A stretch of 64,000 nt of DNA from Draconibacterium orientale (GTDB lineage Bacteria > Bacteroidota > Bacteroidia > Bacteroidales > UBA1556), in contig DYSI01000004.1 of NCBI GenBank assembly GCA_020718275.1, positions 3,518-67,517 of the forward strand, given 5' to 3'. Under the pieces are notes generated by a model, which did no database searches, was not told where the DNA came from, and was given only the letters and a program-made list of their open reading frames with translations. The translations under genes and the position numbers were made by a program. Shown piece after piece: positions 46,162-56,028 of the stretch; within the stretch, counting starts at the first letter, position 1; each line of letters opens with the position of its first letter.

Positions 46162-48609
46162 TTATTTATTATCGATTTTCATTCCGAAGAAAGATCTATA
46201 AACAAAGTACAAGGCCACCACCACTAAGACAATTCCTACATAAGGCGCAACATCTCTAAATGATTCAGAAATAGCTATTTCCATAGCCAGTAAGCCGAAC
46301 AAAGTGGTGAATTTAATGATAGGATTCAGCGCAACAGATGAAGTATCTTTAAATGGATCACCCACTGTATCGCCCACAACAACGGCAGCATGCAGATCAG
46401 TTCCTTTTTGCTTCATATCCACCTCTACAAGTTTTTTGGCATTGTCCCAAGCACCACCGGCATTCGCCATAAAAATAGCTTGAAATAAACCAAAAACTGC
46501 AATTGAGATTAAGTAACTAACAAATAGTGAAACGGCATTGTTACCACCAACCGATGATGGCGAAGATAAAAATGCAAAACCAAGTGCAAAGAAGAAAATA
46601 GCAATAAAAACATTAAACATACCTTTTTGTGCATATGTAGTACAAATCTGCACTACCTCTATTGATTTATTGACATCCGCTTTGCGAGGAGCATTGGGGT
46701 CAAGATTGATATTCTTTTTAATGTATTCAACAGCTCGATAAGCACCTGTGCTAACTGCTTGAATGGACGCACCTGTAAACCAATAAATTACAGAACCACC
46801 CAAAATAAAACCAAGAATAGTATATGGATTTAGTAGGTTAAGGATAGTTTCTGGTTCAATTCCTAAAGTTGACTTAATCATTAGTATTAACGAAAAAATC
46901 ATGGTAGTAGCACCCACCACCGCAGTACCAATTAGCACGGGTTTAGCAGTAGCTTTAAAGGTATTACCAGCGCCATCATTAGCTTCAAGATAGTATTTAG
47001 ATTTTTCCCAATCAGGTTTAAAACCAAAATCTTTTTCAATTTCTTTATCAATATCTTTCACCTCTTCGATTAACGAAAGCTCATAAATAGATTGAGCATT
47101 ATCGGTTACCGGACCATAACTATCCACGGCAATCGTAACTGGACCCATGCCCAACATACCAAATGCAACTAAGCCAAAAGCAAAGATTGAAGGATAAACC
47201 ATGATGCTATCAAGTCCGAAAGTACTAGCAAAATAGGCTATAAACATCAGCACAAAGAAAACCATACCCGTCCAAAAAGCAGAGAAATTACCAGCTACTA
47301 AACCCGAAAGAATGGTTAAAGAGGCGCCACCTTCTTGTGAAGCTTTTACTACTTCTTTCACATGAGTTGATTTTGTGGAAGTAAAGAATTTAGTAAATTC
47401 AGGAATTAGCGCAGCGCCTAAAGTACCACAACTAATAATGAGGGACAAAATCCACCACATTTCGGTATTACCATTTAACTCAGGAATTAAGATATAGCTA
47501 GCCGCAAAAGTTACCATGATTGAAAGAATAGAAGTAATCCAAACCAAACGAGTTAAAGGCACTTCAAAGTCAAGTTCATCAACATTTTTGTATTGAGCAT
47601 TGGCAATTGCACCATTAATCCAGTAAGCAAAAACCGAGGTAATAATCATTAGGAAGCGCATTACAAAAATCCAAACCAATAATTTAACTTGTAAAGCCAT
47701 GGTAAGGTCAATACCAAAAGTGTCGCCGCCCACTGCTAAAAGAATAAAAGAGATTAGCGCTACGCCAGTAACTCCGTAAGTTTCAAAACCGTCAGCAGTT
47801 GGTCCTACTGAATCGCCAGCATTGTCGCCAGTACAATCTGCGATAACACCAGGATTACGAGGATCATCTTCACCAATTTTAAAGACAACCTTCATCAAAT
47901 CAGATCCAACATCAGCGATTTTTGTAAAAATACCCCCTGCAATTCTAAGTGCAGAGGCACCAAGCGATTCACCGATTGCAAATCCTATAAAACTAGCCCC
48001 AGCAAGTTCACCAGGCATTACCATTAGAATAATAAGCATCATCAATAGCTCAACGCTAATTAACAAAACGCCAATACTCATTCCAGCGGTTAACGGAATA
48101 TTTAATAATTTAATCGGTTTGCGTTCGAGCGAGGCAAAAGCCATTCGTGAATTTGCGAGCGTATTCATGCGAATACCAAATGCAGCCACAGAATATGAGC
48201 CTAAAATACCAAGAACAGTCCAACCTAAAATTAATAATACTCCTCCGATTCCGAAAAGTGGAGTACCATCGTGACCTTTTGCTAAAAAACCAAAATAACC
48301 AGCCACTGCTGAACCTATAAAAATAAAAAGTATGGCTAAGAATTTTCCTTGTTGTTTCAAGTATGCCATACTAGTTTGATAAATAACATCGGCGATCTCA
48401 AGCATTGAACGATGAGCAGGTAGTTTCCTGATTTTCATAAATTGCGTTAAGCCAAATAACATTCCCAATATGGTAATTAGGAAACCATAGTACAGAACAT
48501 GCTCATTTTTAATAGCATCTGGAATTCGTAGATCTGCTTCGCTAGCAAATGTTTGAAGTGGAACAAGCATAAATAGCAGAAGTGTCCCGATTAGAGATTT
48601 GATTTTCAT
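46162..48609 (-). CDS. hppA: membrane-bound ion-translocating pyrophosphatase
   Basis: 815 aa. About 16 TM helices. Signature motifs GDTVGDPFKDT and DNVGDNAGD-like (CTGDNAGDSVGP). Confidence 0.9.
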   Translation of the reverse strand: MKIKSLIGTLLLFMLVPLQTFASEADLRIPDAIKNEHVLYYGFLITILGMLFGLTQFMKIRKLPAHRSMLEIADVIYQTSMAYLKQQGKFLAILFIFIGSAVAGYFGFLAKGHDGTPLFGIGGVLLILGWTVLGILGSYSVAAFGIRMNTLANSRMAFASLERKPIKLLNIPLTAGMSIGVLLISVELLMMLIILMVMPGELAGASFIGFAIGESLGASALRIAGGIFTKIADVGSDLMKVVFKIGEDDPRNPGVIADCTGDNAGDSVGPTADGFETYGVTGVALISFILLAVGGDTFGIDLTMALQVKLLVWIFVMRFLMIITSVFAYWINGAIANAQYKNVDELDFEVPLTRLVWITSILSIMVTFAASYILIPELNGNTEMWWILSLIISCGTLGAALIPEFTKFFTSTKSTHVKEVVKASQEGGASLTILSGLVAGNFSAFWTGMVFFVLMFIAYFASTFGLDSIMVYPSIFAFGLVAFGMLGMGPVTIAVDSYGPVTDNAQSIYELSLIEEVKDIDKEIEKDFGFKPDWEKSKYYLEANDGAGNTFKATAKPVLIGTAVVGATTMIFSLILMIKSTLGIEPETILNLLNPYTILGFILGGSVIYWFTGASIQAVSTGAYRAVEYIKKNINLDPNAPRKADVNKSIEVVQICTTYAQKGMFNVFIAIFFFALGFAFLSSPSSVGGNNAVSLFVSYLISIAVFGLFQAIFMANAGGAWDNAKKLVEVDMKQKGTDLHAAVVVGDTVGDPFKDTSSVALNPIIKFTTLFGLLAMEIAISESFRDVAPYVGIVLVVVALYFVYRSFFGMKIDNK

Positions 48610-48840
48610 AAAAATATTTTTGTTAAAAGGTTAATGTTTTTAATGGCTAGAGTATCAAAATTAAACTATCAAACTTTTGATTTCTGAATGCCTTTGCGAA
48701 AGTATAAAAAAAATTAATCAGATCACTAGCTAGATATATTTAAAAATGCATTTCTAAAAACTTGTTTGTTAATAAAAATTTAATTACTTGACATTCATAT
48801 ATTGTTATCGTATATTTGTAACGCTCAATCTTTAAACATT

Positions 48841-48915
48841 ATGAAAGGCTTAACATTGCTATTCAAACTATCCATAGCGTTTTTGATTGTTCTTGCTTTA
48901 TGCTGGATAATTTGA
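48841..48915 (+). CDS. candidate 24-aa hydrophobic peptide
   Basis: MKGLTLLFKLSIAFLIVLALCWII. Preceded by TTG (48788-48790) and TATATTTG (48811-48818) at Bacteroidota promoter spacing. Followed by three hairpins. Confidence 0.3.
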   Translation: MKGLTLLFKLSIAFLIVLALCWII

Positions 48916-49000
48916 AAAACGAATAACTCAAAAGCGAGTTATATCGTAATATGGAAATTGAAAACTAACGTGAAAACGGGGAAAATGGATTACATCCATG

Positions 49001-49032
49001 AGAAAGAGGGCAGCTGACCCTCTTTTCTTTTG
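49001..49032. terminator. bidirectional terminator hairpin downstream of the TPR-protein gene and of the small ORF
   Basis: AAGAGGG-CAGCTGA-CCCTCTT at 49004-49024. A-rich 5' and T-rich 3' flanks. Confidence 0.65.
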
Positions 49033-49051
49033 TGCAATATTTTATGGCAAT

Positions 49052-51394
49052 CTATTGATTTTGAGCCATCATCTTCTTTGCATGAGCCACATTATTGGCA
49101 GCTCGTTCAAATTTCGGATCGTATTTTAGCGCCAACTCGCCGGCTTGTATCGCTTTTTGGTATTGCCCTAGCGCATTGTAAGCCGAGCAAATATTATTGT
49201 AGGCAAAAGGATCGTTAGCCTTATCTTTCAGCGCTTTTTCGCATGCTACTATGCAGTCGTCGTACATCTGTTCTTGATAGAATGCTAGACTTAAATTGAT
49301 TAAATCAACCGATTTGGATAATGTGGTCAATTTTTTCTGCAAGTCAAGTCGTCGGAATGAAAGGGCTAAATTATTCTTTGCCAATTGATTATTAGGATCC
49401 AACTTTAAAGCATTTTGACCTGCGGCGATGGCTTGCTCCCATTTTTCGAGAATATTACTAGCTGCGCAAATGTTGTTGTAGGCCGAAATGTTCTTAGCAT
49501 CAAAGCTAAGAACCTGCTGACTAGCTACTACGCAGGAATCGTATTTTTTGCTGTAATAGTATTGAACACTTAAGTCCAAAAAAGCATCTGCACTAGGATT
49601 CTTTTTTGCAAGGTTTCGAGCTGCCGCCAATTTCGACAATTTCCCTTGAGCTACGTTGGTATAATAAATCACCACCTGATCGTTTGGAAATAAGATTTTA
49701 GTTTTTTCCAATATTCGCTTCAGATTATCCCAATCTTCTTGCTCGGCATAAATATCCATCAGTTTATACAAGCTATAAAGATAATTTGGAGCCAATTCTA
49801 AAGAAGTGTTGAACGAGGCAATTGCTTCGTCATACCGCTTATTTTTATAAAGAAAATCTCCGTAATAATAATGGGTTTTGTGGCTATAATAACCATACTG
49901 CAGTGCTAACTTAAAGCTATTCTCTGCCGCCACTTTATCTCCCATTGAATAAAAGCAGATCCCCATATTGGTATGCAAATAAGTGTATTGGGGACTAAAC
50001 ACGAGCGCCTTATTAAAATAATTCATCGCGCCAACCAAATCACCATCACTCATCAGCCTCAGCCCATAATTCATGAGTCCTCTTCCATTTTTAGGACTTT
50101 TAATGGTGACATCGTACCAGAGCGTTTTTCCATTATCCCAAACTTCCGTTCTTTGACGCACGCCATAAAAATGCCCTCCAAGTATCATCAAAGCAAGTCC
50201 AAAAATTACTAAGCGATATTTTATTTGACTCCTAATTTCTTGTTCAAATCGAATAATTAAGTAAGCAATAGCAGAAATTGTAGCCAAAGTAAGCCCTACG
50301 AAAGGGTAAAACATACGGTGATCATTTAAAACTTCGGCCAGCGGTATCAAACTTGAAGTAGGTGCTAAAGCGAGAAAAAAGAAAAGAATACCAAAACTCA
50401 CTGGCGCTAAAGGACGGATTTTAAAAGTTTTATACACTAAAAACAACATTCCAAGAATAAAAACTATCCCAATAAAAAACTCGAAACTAAAGATACTTTG
50501 CAAAATTGTCCAATCGGTATCTGCACTAAGTTGATAGGGTACAAAAAAGGAAATAAAATAATGCAGCAAGACAAAAGGCTGAGTAATAAGATAATCCCAT
50601 CGGCTATGATTGCTCGGAACAAAGGCGTCCGATTGCATTTTACTATCGAAAATCACGTAAGCAATCATTAAAACAATCAATAGAAAGGCTTGAGTGATGT
50701 ATTTGAAAATCAATGCTTTTTTTTCAGTTTTACTTAAAGGCAGATATTCAAAAATATAAAAATAAACAATAATGATAGGAATTATCATCACAGTGGTCTG
50801 TTTGGTCAACAATCCTAATACTAAGGGAATCAAATAAATAGCCCATTTGCGGATAGCAGGAAAGTACAAGAAAATATCTAATGCAGCCATCACAAAGAAG
50901 GTTGAAAGCAAATCGGAACGACTGATGATATAGTTGATAGTTTCAGCGTTGACGGTATGAAGTCCGAAGAAAGCGGTTGCAAAAAAAGCAAAATAATGAT
51001 TCCAGGTATGGGGATTTGCTAATTGTAAAATCTTGTAAAAGAATGCAAATAACAGCGCCAAAAGCAATATAAAGGTGAGCATCATCGAGTAATGATACAT
51101 CCCCATATCAAACCCATTTTTGGAAGCCGAAAATTTGGTGTTAAGCCAATAATCCACTGCTATGCTTGTTGTTACCATTGGCCGATAGACTTGATTTGCT
51201 GGTAAAGTACTAAATGTTTCAGCCCCTTTGGTAAAGAAAATTGGAATATTATGAATGTCTTTGATGAATGGGTTTTCTTGAATGGTGTGGGAGTCATCAA
51301 AATGAAATTCATTATCGTACAAATTCTGATAAGCTAAGAGAACGGCAAGCAAAATTGAAATCGATATTGCGATATTCAGAAAATGTTTTTTCAT
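49052..51394 (-). CDS. TMTC-like membrane protein: N-terminal multi-TM (GT-C-like) domain fused to C-terminal TPR repeats
   Basis: 780 aa. About 11 TM helices in the first ~400 aa, then repeated TPR units (A..Y.NLG..Y....Y..A patterns). Confidence 0.7.
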   Translation of the reverse strand: MKKHFLNIAISISILLAVLLAYQNLYDNEFHFDDSHTIQENPFIKDIHNIPIFFTKGAETFSTLPANQVYRPMVTTSIAVDYWLNTKFSASKNGFDMGMYHYSMMLTFILLLALLFAFFYKILQLANPHTWNHYFAFFATAFFGLHTVNAETINYIISRSDLLSTFFVMAALDIFLYFPAIRKWAIYLIPLVLGLLTKQTTVMIIPIIIVYFYIFEYLPLSKTEKKALIFKYITQAFLLIVLMIAYVIFDSKMQSDAFVPSNHSRWDYLITQPFVLLHYFISFFVPYQLSADTDWTILQSIFSFEFFIGIVFILGMLFLVYKTFKIRPLAPVSFGILFFFLALAPTSSLIPLAEVLNDHRMFYPFVGLTLATISAIAYLIIRFEQEIRSQIKYRLVIFGLALMILGGHFYGVRQRTEVWDNGKTLWYDVTIKSPKNGRGLMNYGLRLMSDGDLVGAMNYFNKALVFSPQYTYLHTNMGICFYSMGDKVAAENSFKLALQYGYYSHKTHYYYGDFLYKNKRYDEAIASFNTSLELAPNYLYSLYKLMDIYAEQEDWDNLKRILEKTKILFPNDQVVIYYTNVAQGKLSKLAAARNLAKKNPSADAFLDLSVQYYYSKKYDSCVVASQQVLSFDAKNISAYNNICAASNILEKWEQAIAAGQNALKLDPNNQLAKNNLALSFRRLDLQKKLTTLSKSVDLINLSLAFYQEQMYDDCIVACEKALKDKANDPFAYNNICSAYNALGQYQKAIQAGELALKYDPKFERAANNVAHAKKMMAQNQ

Positions 51395-51605
51395 TGGTCT
51401 TTTTGATTTGTTGATTAGGCTCAGATTTTCGGCAAAATTAAAAAAAAACTCCTGTAAAAAATTATATCCTTCGTGGAGAAATTAATTCTTGTGTGCTTTT
51501 GGCGAACTGAAAATTTCATACTTGAGAACAAATGCCAAAGTTTTTACAGATAAAATTCCATTAGTCCAAAATTACTTACTTCCCATGCTAAGGGTCGGTA
51601 CAAAA

Positions 51606-52366
51606 TTACAACTCACCGCTCATGCTAATAGCATGATTGATGTAGTGATTGAAAGGGTGCAAAAGTCGAAATTCATGCAATACATTTTCTGCAAATACTT
51701 GATTACTAATTTCATCATCAGAAATAGCATGAACCACTGCAAAACTTTTATACTTCAGCCATTCTAAAGCAGGGGTATCTGTTGGAAAATCTTTAGAACC
51801 TTTTTGCAATTTATCGGGCATCAGCGCGGGATAAAAAGCTTTGAAATCATGGTTTTCAACTAGATCCATAAGCGCTTGATAGTTATAGTAAATATCTTGC
51901 CTAACTGCCTTAAGAACATCATTTTAAGGATGATACAAACCGCCACCTACAAAAGATTGCTGCGGTTGAAGATGCAAATAATAGCCTGCCCCTGGTGATT
52001 TCTTTCCACCAACATTAAAAAAAGCTCCAAAATGATTTTTATAAGGAGATTTATCTTTCGAAAAATGAACATCCCGATTTATTCGAAAACAGTGTTGTCC
52101 GATAAAAAAACTACTAAATTGCCGAAATGGACTAAATATAATTTTTAACGGACAATAGTGATTCGAAAAGTATAATCACTAGCCTTATTAAAAACAAAGG
52201 AGGGAACGAACAGAGAAATTTGAGGTTCTATCCATTCAACAAAACGCTCAAACGTTTGCTTTGCTTGCTGATATTCACTTTTATTGGCTAGAAACCAATC
52301 TCGATTATTATTGTTTTCAAGTTGATTCAAAAATTGAATGACCAAGCTCAAATTGTGTGATTTCAT
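51606..52366 (-). pseudogene. DUF2461 (TIGR02453) family gene disrupted by a MITE insertion and a nonsense codon
   Basis: The N-terminal part (52366-52161) and the C-terminal part (52088-51606) join as ...SDYTFRINRDVHFSKDKSPYK... once the 71-bp element and one 9-bp TSD copy are removed. There is also an in-frame TAA at 51924-51926. Confidence 0.85.
52090..52160 (+). mobile_element. 71-bp MITE, copy 3
   Basis: CAGTGTTGTCCGATAAAAAAACTACTAAATTGCCGAAATGGACTAAATATAATTTTTAACGGACAATAGTG. Perfect 9-bp duplication ATTCGAAAA at 52081-52089 and 52161-52169. Confidence 0.9.
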
Positions 52367-52466
52367 AAATATATAAATTGAATGACAAAGATAATTAATG
52401 AATTTTAATCCCCGCTTATGAGATAAAAGTTTTTATAGAGACTTTCATACAAATTAGAAGTAAATG

Positions 52467-54242
52467 CTATTCAGAACTAAAATCCTTCAGTAATTTGCGA
52501 TATTCCGAAAACACATTTGCCCGACTTACAAAACCCAAATAGTGATTATTATCGTCCAAAACTGGAATATTATAATAACTTGTTTTATGAAGTTTACTCG
52601 CAATACTATTCATAGTTTCGTTTGGAAGAATCGTAACTTGGGGTTGAATCATAAGACTATCAACTGTAACAGAATAGTACAATTGAGGTTTGAAAATAAT
52701 TTTCCGCACGTCCTCCATTGAAATCATCCCTTTGAAAACGCCAGCCTCATCCACCACCGGAAAAATATTACGATTGGATTGCTGAATGGCATCTACCAAA
52801 TCGCGCAATTTCGCATCTGGCTTAACCGACTTAAAATCAGTTTCTAATAAACTTCTTACGTCCATCATTTTGAGAATATTATTATCGGCATGATGAGTTA
52901 GCAATTGACCACGTTCAGCCAGCTGAAAGGTGTAAACAGATTTGGACATGAAAGCGCGAGTAGTAATAAAAGAAATAAGCGAAACAATCATTAGCGGAAT
53001 TAGCAATTGATAACCACCTGATATTTCAGCAATTAAAAAGATAGCGGTAAGCGGTGCATGTAAAACACCCGCGATGGTGCCAGCCATACCAACCAAAGCA
53101 AAATTAGAGGCCGGTAGATATTTTCCAAAATGAGTCATCAGCTGAGCAAAAAGCAGCCCAATAATGGATCCATTAAAAAGCGTTGGTGCAAAAATTCCTC
53201 CCACTCCACCAGATGCGATGGTTAAACTAGTGGCGAATGATTTGAGTAATATCACTAAAAAAACCACTAAAAAAACCAGAAGAGGATTATCAACAAAATA
53301 CGATAGCAATGGACTTTCAATGACAGCATTTAAATTTCCATTTAAGGCTTGGTTAATGACTTCATAACCTTCACCATAAAGCGCTGGAAATAAATAAATA
53401 AGCGCACCTAAAAGTGAACCTCCAAGCAATAAACGCACCCAAATATTCTTCAATTTTTTGAAAATAACATTGAGAAAAAGATACACTTTAGTAAAGTACA
53501 GCGATAAAAGTCCTGTGATAATGCCAAGCAATGCAAAATATGGAAGATCCGACATTTTATACATTTCTTTCAAGTCGAAATGATAGAGCACTTCTGTTCC
53601 CATAAAGAAATAAGAAGTCAAAATGGCTGTAACAGAGGCAATAATAAGCGGAACAACCGATGAAACAGTTAAGTCAATCATGATTACCTCCATGGCAAAA
53701 ACAACACCAGCCAAAGGGGCTTTAAAAATAGCTGACAAGGCAGCAGCGCTAGCTGCTCCTAGCATTAAAATCACTTGCTTGTATGGAATTTTTAATCCTA
53801 AACTCACCGCTGATCCATAAGCCGCACCAGTAGCTACCGTAGGACCTTCCAAACCAACAGATCCTCCAAATCCAACAGTAAAAGCACTGGCAATAATTGA
53901 GCTAAAAAGATTATGTTTTTTGATATGCCCACGTGTTTCGGCGATACTATATAGCAAATTAGGAATACCGTGGTAAATGGGTTTCCGAAGAATGTATTTA
54001 ATAAAAACTAACACTAGCGCAATTCCAATCATTGGTAAAATAAAATAAACGGAGTGGTTATAGTGCGCGAGCGTTCCTGATTTGATAAAAGTTTGAATAA
54101 AATGTACCGAGTTTTTAATAGCCACCGCCGCAAAACCAACTAGTAAACCAATCAAGGCGCTAACGAGGGCAATAAATTGCGAATTTGTTAAAAATCGATC
54201 TTTGAAATTTAAAACTATCTGAACTAAATCATTCATTAACAA
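52467..54242 (-). CDS. ClC-family chloride channel/antiporter with a C-terminal CBS pair
   Basis: 591 aa. Selectivity-filter motifs GSVGLEGP and GGVGGIFAP, followed by two CBS domains. Confidence 0.85.
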   Translation of the reverse strand: MLMNDLVQIVLNFKDRFLTNSQFIALVSALIGLLVGFAAVAIKNSVHFIQTFIKSGTLAHYNHSVYFILPMIGIALVLVFIKYILRKPIYHGIPNLLYSIAETRGHIKKHNLFSSIIASAFTVGFGGSVGLEGPTVATGAAYGSAVSLGLKIPYKQVILMLGAASAAALSAIFKAPLAGVVFAMEVIMIDLTVSSVVPLIIASVTAILTSYFFMGTEVLYHFDLKEMYKMSDLPYFALLGIITGLLSLYFTKVYLFLNVIFKKLKNIWVRLLLGGSLLGALIYLFPALYGEGYEVINQALNGNLNAVIESPLLSYFVDNPLLVFLVVFLVILLKSFATSLTIASGGVGGIFAPTLFNGSIIGLLFAQLMTHFGKYLPASNFALVGMAGTIAGVLHAPLTAIFLIAEISGGYQLLIPLMIVSLISFITTRAFMSKSVYTFQLAERGQLLTHHADNNILKMMDVRSLLETDFKSVKPDAKLRDLVDAIQQSNRNIFPVVDEAGVFKGMISMEDVRKIIFKPQLYYSVTVDSLMIQPQVTILPNETMNSIASKLHKTSYYNIPVLDDNNHYLGFVSRANVFSEYRKLLKDFSSE

Positions 54243-54594
54243 TACCTTAAGTAAATACTTTTCTAATTCCTATGCAGGGCAAAATTAGGGATATATTAAA
54301 ACCCATACACATATTGAAAATAAATACTTTATTAATACAAATCCGAGCCAATTTATCCACCCACGAACGCCTTTATTTCTATTTAATAAATTATCAAATA
54401 CAATAAATAATAAGCACTTCATAAAATCTAAAACTCCTTACGCCTAGTGATTATTACATTAATATATGCAAGGCGATTAGATTTTTTGTTTCTTTGTTCA
54501 ACCATAACTTAATTGATACAAACTTTAAATGACAATAGGCCTACGGCTTGTATTTCAGAATTTTAGAAAGCATACTACTTCTTTTTATTAAACT

Positions 54595-55864
54595 ATGCAA
54601 CGTTTCCGCTTAATCTTACACAAGTATACCTCAGAAATAATCATCGGATTCCTTCTTCTACTTTTTTTAGGTATTAAAGTGTATCAGGCCGGCAACGATA
54701 TAAACGTTTATTTGCATGCCTCACAACAACTTTTTAATCACCTAAATATCTACGCAAATAATCCATACAACAACTAACTATACAGTCCATTATTTGCCAT
54801 TCTTATTCATCCACTTGCGCTACTCAATTTTCAGATAGTTCGCGTTATTTGGGTGATTATCAATCTTATAATCTATTTTAGAATTTGGCAACTAATATCA
54901 AATTTACCAAATATCAGCACGATTATATCAACTAAAAACCGTAAATAGTGGTCTACTTTAGTCGTAATCTTTTCGATCGGATTTCTAAACCATAACTTAA
55001 TTTTAGGACAGGTTACCCTGCTAATATTTTGGCTAAGCATGGAAGGTTTACGACTAATTCATTTCCATAAAAACTGGCAAGGTGCTATTTTACTTGCCAT
55101 GGGCATCAATATTAAAATTATCCCACTGCTGGCACTTTTCTATTTATTTTTTAAAGGAAAGTTTAACGCTATACGCTTGATTATAATATTTTTAGCTGTA
55201 AGTTTATTGCTTCCAAGCCTTTTCATTGGTCACCAGTATAATATGGATTTGCTTCAACAATGGAAGAAAACCATCTCCCCTGCGGGCGAAAAATACGTTT
55301 TTGAAAACAATAACGGATGTCAATCGCTGAATGCTGTATTGCCAGCCTATTTTTTTTTGATTTTGGCGAAAAGCATGAAACCCCACCAAATGGTTTTACT
55401 CGAGAAATTATTTCGGTTCCTTATACGCTGTTGGTGATTATCTTGCAATTAATGCGACTCCTAGTCGTTGGAATTTTCGCTTGGGCATTATAACTTTTAA
55501 GAATGGAAAGGGAAATTACCTTTATTTCTACTGGGAAATTGCGTTTTTCATGCTAGTCAGCTTACTGATATTTCCACATCAAATGAAATACTCCATGTTT
55601 TACATATGGCCAGTGGCTGCTTATTTACTCCTATTTATTTTTTGGCTTTTCAAAATTAAATGGAAAACAAAATTTCTTTATCAACTGACAGGCGCCATTA
55701 GTATACTCATCTTATTCGTACTTAGCTTTATGGGAAGAGATATTATTGGAAACAAATTAGTGAATATCCTAGACTATTTTTATTTTATTGGAATTACTAA
55801 CTTATTCTTATTAATAGCTTTAATCATCTTTAAGCCTAGTATCTTGAGTCAAAAAAACCAATAG
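54595..55864 (+). pseudogene. decayed DUF2029/GT87-like membrane glycosyltransferase gene
   Basis: A single ancestral frame is interrupted by TAA (54775-54777) and TAG (54946-54948). There is a frameshift in the T9 tract at 55350-55358 and a second frameshift near 55470-55495. The three track ORFs are collinear pieces of one polytopic protein. Confidence 0.75.
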
Positions 55865-55892
55865 TGAAAGGCTGCAAATACCAAAAAAGGCG

Positions 55893-55958
55893 AGACCTCG
55901 AAAACTTTACAAAAAGAGTTTTATTTGTAGGAATATCATTCGTAGAGGTCTGTTTTTT
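55893..55958 (+). terminator. structured hairpin with a T-run downstream of the GT87-like pseudogene
   Basis: AGACCTC (55893-55899) pairs with GAGGTCT (55945-55951). An inner AAAACT/AGTTTT hairpin lies within. Followed by GTTTTTT. Confidence 0.4.
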
Positions 55959-56028
55959 ATCTATTTGGAAGTAAATTCTTGATTAAGTTTTAATTATTTT
56001 TGCCAAACAAACAACAAATTACCAATGC

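Noticed and set aside
47822-48274. 150-aa plus-strand ORF inside hppA. Similar long antisense or overlapping track ORFs occur at 71-490, 34392-34757, 10153-10434, 40533-40829, 43910-44191 and 46017-46259.
   Set aside because: These lie antisense to, or overlap, strongly supported genes, terminators or the MITE. They have low-complexity or atypical composition and no recognisable motifs. They are artefacts of open frames opposite real genes.
54353-54361. DnaA-box-like TTATCCACC.
   Set aside because: It is a single, isolated near-consensus 9-mer in an intergenic region. No cluster or AT-rich unwinding element supports an origin.
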